Source: an uncultured Bdellovibrionales bacterium (GTDB lineage: Bacteria > Patescibacteriota > Minisyncoccia > Moranbacterales > UBA2206). Taken from it: 62,465 nt of DNA. A program made the position numbers and the translations under genes. Positions within the stretch are counted from its first letter, which is position 1. Every line of letters starts with the position of its first letter. Shown in pieces: positions 18,363 to 28,109 of this stretch. Location of the stretch: the NCBI GenBank assembly GCA_964636505.1, contig CAZWRY010000004.1, forward strand, positions 4,985 through 67,449, given 5' to 3'. The notes beneath the pieces were generated by a model, which was not told where the DNA came from, made no database searches, and saw only the letters and a list, made by a program, of their open reading frames with translations.

Positions 18363-18632
18363 ATGCCAATCAAGAAATCAGCTAAAAAATATATGCGCGT
18401 AACCAAGCGCAAAACTGAAAAAAACAGAAAGATTAAAGGACAATTCAAGGGTGCCATTAAGAAAACTCGCGAATTAATCCAAGCAGGAAAGACGACCGAT
18501 GCCAAGGAATGGCTCCAAAAATCAATCAAGGCCTTAGATAAAGCTGCTCAAAAGAAAGTCATTCATAAAAATACCGCTGCTAGAAAAAAATCTAGACTCA
18601 ACAAATTCGTCAAAGCAGCTGTGAAAAAATAA
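18363..18632 (+). CDS. rpsT: 30S ribosomal protein S20
   Basis: MPIKKSAKK..IHKNTAARKKSRL. Confidence 0.96.
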   Translation: MPIKKSAKKYMRVTKRKTEKNRKIKGQFKGAIKKTRELIQAGKTTDAKEWLQKSIKALDKAAQKKVIHKNTAARKKSRLNKFVKAAVKK

Positions 18633-18639
18633 ATCTTAC

Positions 18640-18665
18640 AAAAGCCCGCCAAAAGGCGGGCTTTT
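18640..18665. terminator. Bidirectional terminator
   Basis: aaaagcccgcc-aaaa-ggcgggctttt between convergent rpsT and holA. Confidence 0.85.
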
Positions 18666-18683
18666 TAATTCTTGTAGCTTATT

Positions 18684-19661
18684 TTACAATTCAGCCACGA
18701 ATTTATCTAATGCCAAGTGAATATTTATTTTTCCGGTTTTTATTTGTATATCCAAATCAGATAATTTTTGATAGATAATTTTTAATTTTTGCAATGGAAA
18801 ATTTCTGGTTTGCATAAAACTTTTCCTAATTACAAAGGGATGCATCTTGGTTATTTTGGATATTTCATATTCATTGGAGTTATAATTTTCTCTCAGGTCA
18901 GCCACTTTTAAAAGGTTGCGAAATTGATAAATAAACATAGAAAAAATGTAAAAAGGATCTTCGCCTTTTTGCAGATGATTTTCTAAGAGCTTCATGGCTT
19001 CTTTTTTGTTTCCATTGGCCAAAGCATCAATAGTATTGAAAATATTAATATCTGTCTCGGCTCTGACAATTTCTTCCACATCTTTTTCACTGATTATTTT
19101 TCCGTCCGAAAAATTAACCAGCTTTTGAATTTCCCTGTCCAAAGAAAACATATTTCCACCAGTAAAAAGAACTAGCTTTTCCAAGGCGCTTTTAGACAGG
19201 CCGCATTTTTCATCCAAGATTTTTATTCTTTTCACAATCCAGGCGTTTAGTTTTTCTCCGTTTAGTTTTTCAAAGTTTTGTCTTTTAATTTTATCTCCCA
19301 ATGATTCAAAAAATTTAAATAGAGAGCTGCTTTTTTTGGGAAAATCTTTTTCCCAAAAAATTACCACCAAGTCTTCGCCAGCAGCCAATTCGTCTTTTTT
19401 TTTCTTCAAAAAATCCAGCATTTCTTTCTGATCAAAAACCGGAGCGTTGCCAATTAAATTCTTGACAATTACCAATCTCTTGGGCGCCAAAAGATTGGCT
19501 GTAGAAAAAACATTTATAATATCTTTGGTCTTGGCGTTTTCTTTAAAATCAAAAACAGACAATCCCGAAGAAGAACTGTCGCTACTCAGAAATTTGTTTT
19601 TTATTTCAATTGTTTTTTGGCTAGACCTGAAAGAGTCCGCGCCAAAAAGAAAAATAATCAT
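18684..19661 (-). CDS. holA: DNA polymerase III subunit delta
   Basis: MIIFLFGADSF, LDREIQKL, DIQIKTG pattern. Confidence 0.88.
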   Translation of the reverse strand: MIIFLFGADSFRSSQKTIEIKNKFLSSDSSSSGLSVFDFKENAKTKDIINVFSTANLLAPKRLVIVKNLIGNAPVFDQKEMLDFLKKKKDELAAGEDLVVIFWEKDFPKKSSSLFKFFESLGDKIKRQNFEKLNGEKLNAWIVKRIKILDEKCGLSKSALEKLVLFTGGNMFSLDREIQKLVNFSDGKIISEKDVEEIVRAETDINIFNTIDALANGNKKEAMKLLENHLQKGEDPFYIFSMFIYQFRNLLKVADLRENYNSNEYEISKITKMHPFVIRKSFMQTRNFPLQKLKIIYQKLSDLDIQIKTGKINIHLALDKFVAEL

Positions 19662-19762
19662 ATTCTCAGAATTTCTTGCTTCTCCTTTCCAGACAATGTT
19701 ACATCAAATATTTCAAACACTAAAAAACATTGAATGCCTAGTGAAAATTGAGAACTAAGAAT

Positions 19763-20863
19763 TTATACAGCTGGCGTCCAGCGCAAAGCCATTCCTGGAT
19801 CGATGATTTCTACCCATATTTGTCCCGGAACAAATTTAATCTCTTGCCCAGTTTCATCATAGAAAAACAACTTACTGTCAACTTTATTTTTATCCTTTTT
19901 CCAGGTTCCCCTATATTCCTTACCATTCATGTAATAAAAGGCGGAACCGGAATCGGCCTGATCAAACCAAGGGTCGCCAATTTGAACATTAACATATTGT
20001 TCGCCGACTTTTATCGGCGCCGCGTCAGCTATTAATACCGCAACATTCTTGGGGGCGATCCTTTGCTTATTGTTTCTGTCGTTATCAGCCGTGCCCCCCC
20101 AAGACCTAAAATATGAATTACTGGCCTTGTCATAGTCATATTCCACATCATACGGCTTGGCAAAAGCTACCCTTAAGTTGCCGCCACTTGGCCTTTGTTC
20201 AAGAGCTGCTTCGGCTTGATGGGGATATCCGGAGAATTTGTTCTCCAGACTGAATCCAAATTTTTCAATTCCCTCCAAAACGGAAGAGAACTTAGTATAA
20301 CCAGAATCAACTCCGCGCGCCATGCCTTCTTTTCTAAAACAATATTGGCCGGCAGATTTGCCTGCATCATTGTTACAATTAAGGTTATCTATAATTCCGT
20401 TATCCAAAAGGGCTTTAAATTCTTCTATATCAGCTCTGCCCCAATGCACATAAATAGAGCCGAGTCCCTTAGCCAAATGTACGAAGTCATGACGAGCGCT
20501 TCTTAGTGATCCAATTTCTTCAGGGCTATTGCAGCCATAAACTCCCATAAGTCTGGTTATGCTTCCATAGACAGCCGGCATTTCAATAACCATATCGGCC
20601 TGTGAAAGCCCGGCAAGAGGCCTGGCTGCCAAATCAGCCGGCTGCATAAAGGCGATTGAACGACGATTCCAGTTTTCACAAGCTTGCCCGGTAATGGGAT
20701 TTACATCCCCTTCATTGGCAATTGTATATTGGCTTTCTGTTGGCTGGCTTTCCAAATTTATTTTTTTGTTCGTTGTTTTGTTTCTGTTTTTAAAGAAATA
20801 AAAAGAACCGGAGACTATAATCAAAGCAATTAAAACGATAACTATTTTTTGTTTTGTGTTCAT
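19763..20863 (-). CDS. DUF3048 domain protein, membrane-anchored
   Basis: ARPLAGLSQADMVIEM, ITRLMGVY, IGSLRSARH; likely start MNTKQK at 20863. Confidence 0.85.
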   Translation of the reverse strand: MNTKQKIVIVLIALIIVSGSFYFFKNRNKTTNKKINLESQPTESQYTIANEGDVNPITGQACENWNRRSIAFMQPADLAARPLAGLSQADMVIEMPAVYGSITRLMGVYGCNSPEEIGSLRSARHDFVHLAKGLGSIYVHWGRADIEEFKALLDNGIIDNLNCNNDAGKSAGQYCFRKEGMARGVDSGYTKFSSVLEGIEKFGFSLENKFSGYPHQAEAALEQRPSGGNLRVAFAKPYDVEYDYDKASNSYFRSWGGTADNDRNNKQRIAPKNVAVLIADAAPIKVGEQYVNVQIGDPWFDQADSGSAFYYMNGKEYRGTWKKDKNKVDSKLFFYDETGQEIKFVPGQIWVEIIDPGMALRWTPAV

Positions 20864-20953
20864 GCTAATAATTTTACTAATTATTAATAAATTACCACCA
20901 TACGAATCAGACAACATTCGCATGTTCGTATAAAATTCGTAATTCGTAAGGAA

Positions 20954-21820
20954 TTACTTTTGGCAAACCGGACAAAAAAATACGCTCCTTTGTCCCAATA
21001 TCATACGCTTAACTATTGTACCACATTTAGGACATTTTTTTCCAGCTTTGCGGTAAACTTTCAGAAATTTTTGAAAATCGCCCGGTGCTCCGTTTGTATC
21101 ACGGTAATCGCTGTCAGATGTTCCGCGCATTTTTATGGCTTTCTGAAGGATTTTTTTAATACTTTTATAAAGATCTTTTTTTTCTTTCAAATTAAGGCTG
21201 CTTATTTTTCTCTGCGGCAAAACCCCGGATTCGAATAAAATTTCACTGCGATAAATATTACCAATACCACTTATTAATTCTTGTTCCATTAGCACCAGTC
21301 CGATGGCTTTTTCCTTTTTGCGATCCAATATTTCTGTAAATTTTTTGAAAGAAAATTCTAGGCTCATGGCATCCACTCCTAGTTTTTTTATTTCTGGAAG
21401 TTTGTTTATTTTTTGTTTATTATCGAGGAATATTTTGGCAAATTTTCTGACATCGGAAAATTCCATAGTTAGTTCTTTCTTGTTTTTTCTAAGCGTCCAA
21501 ATATGATGAATGTAGCTATTTACTTTATCCCTAAAATATTTTTGATCTTTAAGATTTAAATTCTGAGATTTTATAAGCAAGTGCCCTGTCATCTTGAGAT
21601 GAATATAAAGAGTTTTATCACCGGACAAATCAATGAAAATATTTTTGCCAATTCTCCTCACATTCAAAACTTTTCGGCTTATTACTTCTTTTTGGAAATT
21701 CGCCAACGTTTTGTTTTTTATAGCTTTTGGCCAATCGCTCCAAAAATCGACTATCGTATAGCCGACGATTTTTTGATTTAAATCTGAGATAATTGTTTGA
21801 ACTTCAGGTAACTCAGGCAT
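20954..21820 (-). CDS. mutM: Formamidopyrimidine-DNA glycosylase
   Basis: MPELPEVQT, HLKMTG, GIGNIY, C-terminal CPKC..CPVC zinc finger. Confidence 0.96.
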   Translation of the reverse strand: MPELPEVQTIISDLNQKIVGYTIVDFWSDWPKAIKNKTLANFQKEVISRKVLNVRRIGKNIFIDLSGDKTLYIHLKMTGHLLIKSQNLNLKDQKYFRDKVNSYIHHIWTLRKNKKELTMEFSDVRKFAKIFLDNKQKINKLPEIKKLGVDAMSLEFSFKKFTEILDRKKEKAIGLVLMEQELISGIGNIYRSEILFESGVLPQRKISSLNLKEKKDLYKSIKKILQKAIKMRGTSDSDYRDTNGAPGDFQKFLKVYRKAGKKCPKCGTIVKRMILGQRSVFFCPVCQK

Positions 21821-21897
21821 AACTCATGAAACATAAAACATGCAACATAAAACAAGGATTTTTTATGTTATATGCTCTATGCTGTATGTTATATGAT

Positions 21898-24588
21898 TTA
21901 TATTTCTCCCCAGCTATCCCCAACTTTTACATCCACGATTAGCGGCACGTCCAAAGCATAGACGTTTTCCATAATTTCTTTGACCTTCTGGGCCACATCT
22001 TCGGCTATTTTTTCTTTAACTTCCAAAATAATTTCATCGTGTACTTGCAAAACCATTTTAACGTCTTGATTCCCAGCATATTTCTCGGCTACTTTGATCA
22101 TAGCTAGTTTCATAATGTCCGCCGCGAGGCCCTGAATGGGCATATTAATCGCCATTCTTTCAGCCGCATTGGCTACTTGAAAATTGGAAGAATTTATTTC
22201 CGGAATATAGCGGCGGCGTCCCATTTCCGTTTCCACATACAAATTTTTCTTGGCAAATTCTTTGGTCTTGATCATATATTTGGCAATGCCGGAAAATTTT
22301 TGCATATACTCATCAATAAATTTTTTGGCCTCTTCCCTGCCGATACCAGCCGACTCTGAAAATCCAAAAACGCTCATACCATAAATTACTCCAAAGTTGA
22401 GAGCTTTGGCACTTCTTCTCATTTTTCCCGTCACTTGCAAAAGCGAAACTTTATTTATTTCCGCCGCTGTCGCCCGATGCACATCCTCACCTTCCAAAAA
22501 TGTTTTAATCATTTTTTCGTCTTTGCTCACATGCGCCACTACTCGCAGATCAATTTGGGAATAATCCGCGCTCACTAGTTTGTTGCCGTCTTCAGCCACA
22601 AAGGCCGTGCGCAAAACCTGACCAAGCTCAGTCCGAATAGGAATATTTTGCATATTCGGATTAGAAGAAGAAAGTCGGCCGGTACTGGTCACCGCTTGAT
22701 TAAAGTCGCTATGGATTCTGGAATTTTCATCCACCAAAATCGGCAGAGTATCCAGATATGTAGTTTTCAATTTAAAAAGTTCACGATACTCTTCAATTTT
22801 GTCTATAATCTTATGTTCTTTTCTGATTTTAGAAAGTTCACTGGAAGCTGTTGAATAGCCGGTTTTTATTTTCTTTACGTTTCTGGTTGGAATTTCCAAT
22901 TTTTCAAATAAAATTTCAGCCAGTTGTTTGGGTGAATTTATATTAAATTCCGTTTCAGATAATTCATAGATGCCTTTTTCTAAAGTTTTAACTTTTTTGT
23001 CCAGTTTTTCCGAAATGCCTTTAAAAATAATCGTATTAAGTTTTATGCCATTTATTTCCATCTCTGCTAGAACTTCAATGAGAGGCATTTCTACATTCAA
23101 AAAAATATTTTCCAAGTCTCTTCCCCCTTTTTGTTCAGAAGATATTTTTTCAATTTTTTCCGCGTAAATTTTTTCCAGTTTGAAAATATAGTCTGCTTTT
23201 CTGGCAAATTTTTCAGCTCTTTTTTCACTGGATTCAATCTCCAGACCCAACTGCCCAGAAGAATTTTTTTCTTCCACTTCCTCACCTGTTTCATCCAGAA
23301 TTAATTTAGCAAAGTCCATTTTACTGCCCGGATTCAGAACATAGGCCATCAGCATCACATCGGCTGTGAGTCCTTTATATCTAATCCCAAGCCTTTGAAA
23401 AATTTCAAAATCAAATTTCAAATCATAGCCGATTTTTTTTATTTTTTCATTTTCTAAAACAGTTTTTAATTTTTCAAAATTTTCCTTGGAATATTCAACA
23501 AAACTCACACGCCCAGTTTTCCAGCAAAAAGCGACTCCCTGAATTGAGCTGTCAAAATATTTTAAGCCGATTGTTTCCAGGCTTACAGCCAGTTCTTGTT
23601 GCCCACTTAGAAATTTAACATGCTCGTCTAGTTTTCCCGAAGTTATATATTCAAATTTAAAATCTTTTACTTCATTTTTTTCATTTTCGGGCTTTAGCTT
23701 AACCTGCAAATTTGAATCAGGCAATCTCTTGATTAGACTAAAAAAGTTAAGCTCCTGAAAAAGATCTACTAATTTTTCCCTTTCAAATTCACGCGTCACA
23801 GCTGCCGAAAAATCCAATTTAAGCGGAACATTTTTAACAATCGTAGCTAAATTTTTAGACATGAAGGCTTTCATCTTGTCTCTTTCTAATTTATCTTTAA
23901 CTGCGTCTTTGATATCCGCTAAAGATGTGTAAACATTTTCCAAAGTTTCATATTTTTTCAAAAGTTCAACGGCTGTTTTTTCGCCAATACCTTTGACACC
24001 GGGAATGTTATCCGAAGGATCGCCGCGAAGACCCTTATAGTCAATCATTTGATTTGGGTTAAGGCCAAAACGCTCGCGAACAGCTGCTTCATCATAGAGA
24101 ACCGCATCGCCCATGCCTTTGCGCAAAGCAAAAACTTTTGTTTTCGGACCAACTAATTGCAGGGTGTCCAGATCTCCAGTGACAATAATGTTTTCCACAT
24201 CTTCTCCTGAATTTTCCGATTGATAAACCATTGTGCCAATTACATCGTCCGCTTCATAGCCTTCTTTTTCATAAATGGGAATATTGAAGGCTCGCACGAC
24301 TTCTTTGACTCTGCCAATTTGGGCATAGAGTTCATCTGGAGCTTTGACTCTGGTCGCTTTATATTCCTTATATTCAGTATGGCGAAAAGTCGGGGCCGCC
24401 AAATCAAAAGAAGCCAAGATATAGTCTGGCTTCAAATCATTGATAACCTTAAGTAAAACGCTAGTAAAGCCATACACCGCATTGACTAATTCTCCCTTTT
24501 TGGTAGTTAGCGGCGGCAAAGCATGATAAGCCCTGTGAATAAGGGCATTCCCGTCGATTAGTACCAGTTTTTTAGCTTCTTTGCTCAT
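21898..24588 (-). CDS. polA: DNA polymerase I
   Basis: LIDGNALIHRAYHA, TGRLSSSNPNMQNIP, DYSQIDLR, QVHDE. Confidence 0.98.
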   Translation of the reverse strand: MSKEAKKLVLIDGNALIHRAYHALPPLTTKKGELVNAVYGFTSVLLKVINDLKPDYILASFDLAAPTFRHTEYKEYKATRVKAPDELYAQIGRVKEVVRAFNIPIYEKEGYEADDVIGTMVYQSENSGEDVENIIVTGDLDTLQLVGPKTKVFALRKGMGDAVLYDEAAVRERFGLNPNQMIDYKGLRGDPSDNIPGVKGIGEKTAVELLKKYETLENVYTSLADIKDAVKDKLERDKMKAFMSKNLATIVKNVPLKLDFSAAVTREFEREKLVDLFQELNFFSLIKRLPDSNLQVKLKPENEKNEVKDFKFEYITSGKLDEHVKFLSGQQELAVSLETIGLKYFDSSIQGVAFCWKTGRVSFVEYSKENFEKLKTVLENEKIKKIGYDLKFDFEIFQRLGIRYKGLTADVMLMAYVLNPGSKMDFAKLILDETGEEVEEKNSSGQLGLEIESSEKRAEKFARKADYIFKLEKIYAEKIEKISSEQKGGRDLENIFLNVEMPLIEVLAEMEINGIKLNTIIFKGISEKLDKKVKTLEKGIYELSETEFNINSPKQLAEILFEKLEIPTRNVKKIKTGYSTASSELSKIRKEHKIIDKIEEYRELFKLKTTYLDTLPILVDENSRIHSDFNQAVTSTGRLSSSNPNMQNIPIRTELGQVLRTAFVAEDGNKLVSADYSQIDLRVVAHVSKDEKMIKTFLEGEDVHRATAAEINKVSLLQVTGKMRRSAKALNFGVIYGMSVFGFSESAGIGREEAKKFIDEYMQKFSGIAKYMIKTKEFAKKNLYVETEMGRRRYIPEINSSNFQVANAAERMAINMPIQGLAADIMKLAMIKVAEKYAGNQDVKMVLQVHDEIILEVKEKIAEDVAQKVKEIMENVYALDVPLIVDVKVGDSWGEI

Positions 24589-24661
24589 ATGCCTATTATA
24601 CAGCCAAAAGAAGGTTTAATAAAGAAAAAATTATTGATTTTTTTCTAAAAAGCGGAAGAAT

Positions 24662-24853
24662 TTGGCAAAAAGAAGGGTGTTTAAGATCGGAAGCGCAGTT
24701 AAAAGTTGCAAGTTTGAAAAGATTGAGGATGTTGAAAAATGGTTAAGTGAAGATAGTAATGTGTGTGGAGTTAGTCTGAAATGGGCAGTTTTGGGAGTGG
24801 TGGTTAGTAAAATTTCATATATTTTTAGTTCTTACAAAACAAAGGAGGCGTAA
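24662..24853 (+). CDS. Possible small hypothetical protein
   Basis: 63-aa ORF in the intergenic gap; no recognised motif. Confidence 0.3.
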   Translation: MAKRRVFKIGSAVKSCKFEKIEDVEKWLSEDSNVCGVSLKWAVLGVVVSKISYIFSSYKTKEA

Positions 24854-24855
24854 AA

Positions 24856-25077
24856 ATGAAAAAGATAAAAAAGTTTTGGCATCGTTTGTCCCAGGAAGTA
24901 GTTGAAGTCCTGAGGCATAAGGGCGGACCGTAAGGAACGCCGAAGGGTAAGCGCGGTTACAATCGCTCTGCTAAAAAAATGGCAGAAAAACATAGACGGG
25001 CAGTGAAGATTCTTTTACCTGCCCGTTTTTTTATTTGCAAAAATTTTATTTTTCCAGAAGTTCAATATTTTGAATGA
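24856..25077 (+). pseudogene. Small basic ORF (ArfA-like candidate) with in-frame TAA at 24931-24933
   Basis: AAAGGAGG RBS at 24841-24848. MKKIKKFWHRLSQEVVEVLRHKGGP*GTPKGKRGYNRSAKKMAEKHRR; a terminator at 24994-25032 precedes the next stop. Confidence 0.5.
24994..25032 (+). terminator. Intrinsic terminator
   Basis: agacgggcag..ctgcccgttt followed by a T-run. Confidence 0.8.
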
Positions 25078-25837
25078 TCATATCTTTCAAAGGACAATCT
25101 CTGTCGTTCACTTCTGTTTTTTCTATTTTCTTGACCACATCCATTCCTTCAACCACTTCTCCGAAATTGGTGTGCTTGCCATCCAGCCAAGGCGTGCTTT
25201 CCGCTGTCACAATGAAAAATTGGCTGCCATTGGTGTCAGCACCGGAATTAGCCATAGCCAAAGAGCCCTGAACTAATTTATGTGAATTGAATTCATCGGC
25301 AAATTTGTAATCCGGTCCGCCAGTTCCCCATCTGCTCTTGGCTGTTTCATCTTTGGAAAGCGGATCACCGCCTTGAATCATAAAATCTTTGATAATGCGA
25401 TGAAATTTTGTGCCTGCATAAAATCCATCTTGTGAAAGCCTCAGAAAATTTCCAACTGTTATTGGAGAATCAGTATTGTAGAATTTTACCTTTATATCCC
25501 CCGCGTTGGTTTTTATTTTAGCCGCCGTATATTTTTTTACGAGTTCGCTATTGTCTGACATATTGTTGTTTTGATTAATTTGATTATTTGATTGAACTCT
25601 TTTATTTTGATCTTCATTTAAAGTCTCGCTTAGTTTTTGATTTTGTTCATCATAGGCTTTTTGAATATTTTGTTTGGCTGTCTGGCTTATTCCGGTCATT
25701 TGCTCCAAATAGCCTTCATTTTGGGGTGAGGATGTCTTGTTTGACTCACCTACATTGTCCAAAATTTCTTGAGACAAGGTGCAGCCAGAAAGAAATAGAA
25801 TGCCAACCACCAACATTTCTATTTTTATTTTTTGCAT
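25046..25837 (-). CDS. Cyclophilin-type peptidyl-prolyl isomerase, lipoprotein
   Basis: LFLSGC lipobox; FHRIIKDFMIQGGDP, SQFFI, WLDGKHTNFG. Confidence 0.93.
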   Translation of the reverse strand: MQKIKIEMLVVGILFLSGCTLSQEILDNVGESNKTSSPQNEGYLEQMTGISQTAKQNIQKAYDEQNQKLSETLNEDQNKRVQSNNQINQNNNMSDNSELVKKYTAAKIKTNAGDIKVKFYNTDSPITVGNFLRLSQDGFYAGTKFHRIIKDFMIQGGDPLSKDETAKSRWGTGGPDYKFADEFNSHKLVQGSLAMANSGADTNGSQFFIVTAESTPWLDGKHTNFGEVVEGMDVVKKIEKTEVNDRDCPLKDMIIQNIELLEK

Positions 25838-25840
25838 AAA

Positions 25841-26293
25841 TTATTTATTTAAAAAATTTATTTCCCTTTCATTTTCACTTATCCATTTGAAATTTATCCA
25901 GATAGAATTTGGAGGGATTATTTTTTGGATACGCTCTGCCCATTCAACCAAAATAATATTATTCGGATCATTAATCATTTCTTCCCAGCCTAAGCTTATT
26001 ATGTCTTTGGCATTCACCCTATAAGCATCCAGATGATATACATCTCTAAATTTTGGAAATTGGAAATTGGAAATTGGAAATTTCCTACTTTTGTAGTGCT
26101 TAAGCACTACAAAAGTAGGACTGGTATATGGTCCTTTGATTTTTAGTCCCTGCAAAAACCCTTGAGTAAAAGTGGTTTTGCCGGACCCCAATTCTCCGGA
26201 AAGACAGATAATTATTCCGCTCTTAATTTCTTGGGCTAATATTTTGCCCAATTCTTTAGTTTGTCTGAAGTTTTGCGTGATAAATTTTTGCAT
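25841..26293 (-). CDS. tsaE: t6A biosynthesis ATPase TsaE
   Basis: LSGELGSGKTTF, TSPTF, YHLDAYR, VEWAE. Confidence 0.95.
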   Translation of the reverse strand: MQKFITQNFRQTKELGKILAQEIKSGIIICLSGELGSGKTTFTQGFLQGLKIKGPYTSPTFVVLKHYKSRKFPISNFQFPKFRDVYHLDAYRVNAKDIISLGWEEMINDPNNIILVEWAERIQKIIPPNSIWINFKWISENEREINFLNK

Positions 26294-26370
26294 AAATCCA
26301 TATTAACTATAATTTGAAAAAATGAAAAGCGATGAGCTAAATAAGCCTCATCGCTTTCACAGGCGCCCCA

Positions 26371-26703
26371 TTATTCACAAGGCACCTGTATTCGTTTTCG
26401 CCCGGTCTGGCGAAAATCGCCGTACCGGTCAATGTATCCGACCGGTACTGTTTGAAAACATCTCCCTGTCGGCTGGGTACAAACCTCTTCCCGACTTTTT
26501 GTTGTCGCCTCAATAACAGACGAGACAACAACTGCCCCGGCAATAATTGCCAGGGGAACCCACGGGTCGCATCCGCCACCATGGTGGATATAAACATTTC
26601 CGCGATTATATCCACGGCCCGGGCCGTCTGCCAGCGCTGCCGTTGAAGAAATTGCAAACAGCAGCACTACAACAAAAAAAAGAATAAAGTTTTTCTTTTT
26701 CAT
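26371..26703 (-). CDS. Small secreted hypothetical protein
   Basis: Signal peptide ending TAALA, then Gly-rich, hydrophobic and Cys-containing segments. Confidence 0.65.
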   Translation of the reverse strand: MKKKNFILFFVVVLLFAISSTAALADGPGRGYNRGNVYIHHGGGCDPWVPLAIIAGAVVVSSVIEATTKSREEVCTQPTGRCFQTVPVGYIDRYGDFRQTGRKRIQVPCE

Positions 26704-26799
26704 GTTTTTTCCTCCTTTTTTTGGTTTCTATTTTAGTATACTATACTACACTAAAAATGCTTTTTGTCAAGGTAGATTTTTTATTTGATTTAAAAATAA

Positions 26800-26828
26800 T
26801 TGACAGCCTAAAATTGATTTGCTATCCT
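26800..26828 (+). promoter_or_regulatory. Sigma70-type promoter
   Basis: TTGACA-17 bp-TATCCT with upstream TG. Confidence 0.6.
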
Positions 26829-26856
26829 ACTCTACTATTTAATTTTATCCATTTCT

Positions 26857-27990
26857 ATGAGCCTGGAACCGATGGAACAATTTAAGCAGTTTTTGGAGAA
26901 GTCAAAGGATGTTTTGATTTTAATCCCAGAAAACTCAAATGGAGATGCTATTGGCTCAGCCTGGGCTTTGTATTTCTTTTTGCAAAAAAGAAATATAGAA
27001 GCAACCATCGCCGTTTCTGGCCCTGTTCCTGAAAAATATTCCTTCCTGCCACGTCCAGGAAAAATCCTAAGTGAAATTTCCGGCGCACGTGATTTTGTTT
27101 TGTCTTTTAACACCGCTTTTAATAAAATCGTTAACTTGCGCTCGGAAGAAACAGATGAAAAATTCAACATCTATCTGACTCCGGAAAAAGGCGCTATTGA
27201 TCCTCGTGATTTTTCTTTTATTTTAGCTAAATTCAAATATGATTTATTGGTTGTCCTGGATGCTTCTGATTTGGAAAAACTTGGAAAAATATATGAAACC
27301 AACCCCGATTTATTTTTTGAAGTTCCCATTGTTAATATTGATCACAAAAGCAACAATGAAAACTTTGGCCAAATAAATATTGTTAATGTAACTGCATCAT
27401 CTTCAAGTGAAATTGTTGCCACTCTTTTACAAAAAATTGATCTGGTTTCTATTGATAAAAATATTGCCGAATGCCTTCTGACTGGAATTATGAGTGCTAC
27501 CGAAAGTTTCCAAAGAAAAAATACCACACCCAAAACGCTTCTCACTGCTGCCACCCTCATGGATCAGGGCGCCGATCAGCAAGCGATTGTCAGATGGCTT
27601 TATAAGACACATCCCTTGCACATTCTGAAGCTTTGGGGACGTTCAATGGCAAAATTAAATTGGGACAGTCTTTCCAAGTTAGCTTGGACAACACTAACAG
27701 TAGAAGACTTCATTCAAAGCCGCTCTAAACCGGATGATCTTTCCCTAATTTTGGAAAAATTGCAAGAAAACTACAACGAAGGTAGGTTTTTTGCCGCCCT
27801 TTTTAATGACACCGCAGAAACCAGCATGGCTATTATTAAAAGTACTTCACCCGAAAATTTAGCTCAGCTCAATCAAGTCTTGCAAGGCGTTCTTGATCAG
27901 GATTATCTGAAAATCAATATTGCCTTGGGCAATTTGGAAGAAGCTGGTAAGGTTTTAAATGAAAAAATAAAAGAAATTACACTTTCTTAG
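26857..27990 (+). CDS. DHH-family phosphoesterase-like protein with degenerate motifs
   Basis: NGDAIGS, VVLDAS, NIDHK, ATESF. Confidence 0.8.
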   Translation: MSLEPMEQFKQFLEKSKDVLILIPENSNGDAIGSAWALYFFLQKRNIEATIAVSGPVPEKYSFLPRPGKILSEISGARDFVLSFNTAFNKIVNLRSEETDEKFNIYLTPEKGAIDPRDFSFILAKFKYDLLVVLDASDLEKLGKIYETNPDLFFEVPIVNIDHKSNNENFGQINIVNVTASSSSEIVATLLQKIDLVSIDKNIAECLLTGIMSATESFQRKNTTPKTLLTAATLMDQGADQQAIVRWLYKTHPLHILKLWGRSMAKLNWDSLSKLAWTTLTVEDFIQSRSKPDDLSLILEKLQENYNEGRFFAALFNDTAETSMAIIKSTSPENLAQLNQVLQGVLDQDYLKINIALGNLEEAGKVLNEKIKEITLS

Positions 27991-28109
27991 AATATTTTCT
28001 GAAAAATAAATCTGTCGCCAAGGCAGCTTTTTTGTTTTTTAATTTCTCTTAGCTTTTTAATCTTTTTTGTGTTAAAATAAAGCGGTAAAATAAAAATTAC
28101 AAAACAAAA

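Noticed and set aside
24931-24933. Genome-wide stop-codon recoding to explain the TAA
   Set aside because: TAA and TGA both terminate conserved genes normally in this window.
26337-26657. 106-aa alternative-frame ORF
   Set aside because: The overlapping 26371..26703 frame has a signal peptide and a better start context.
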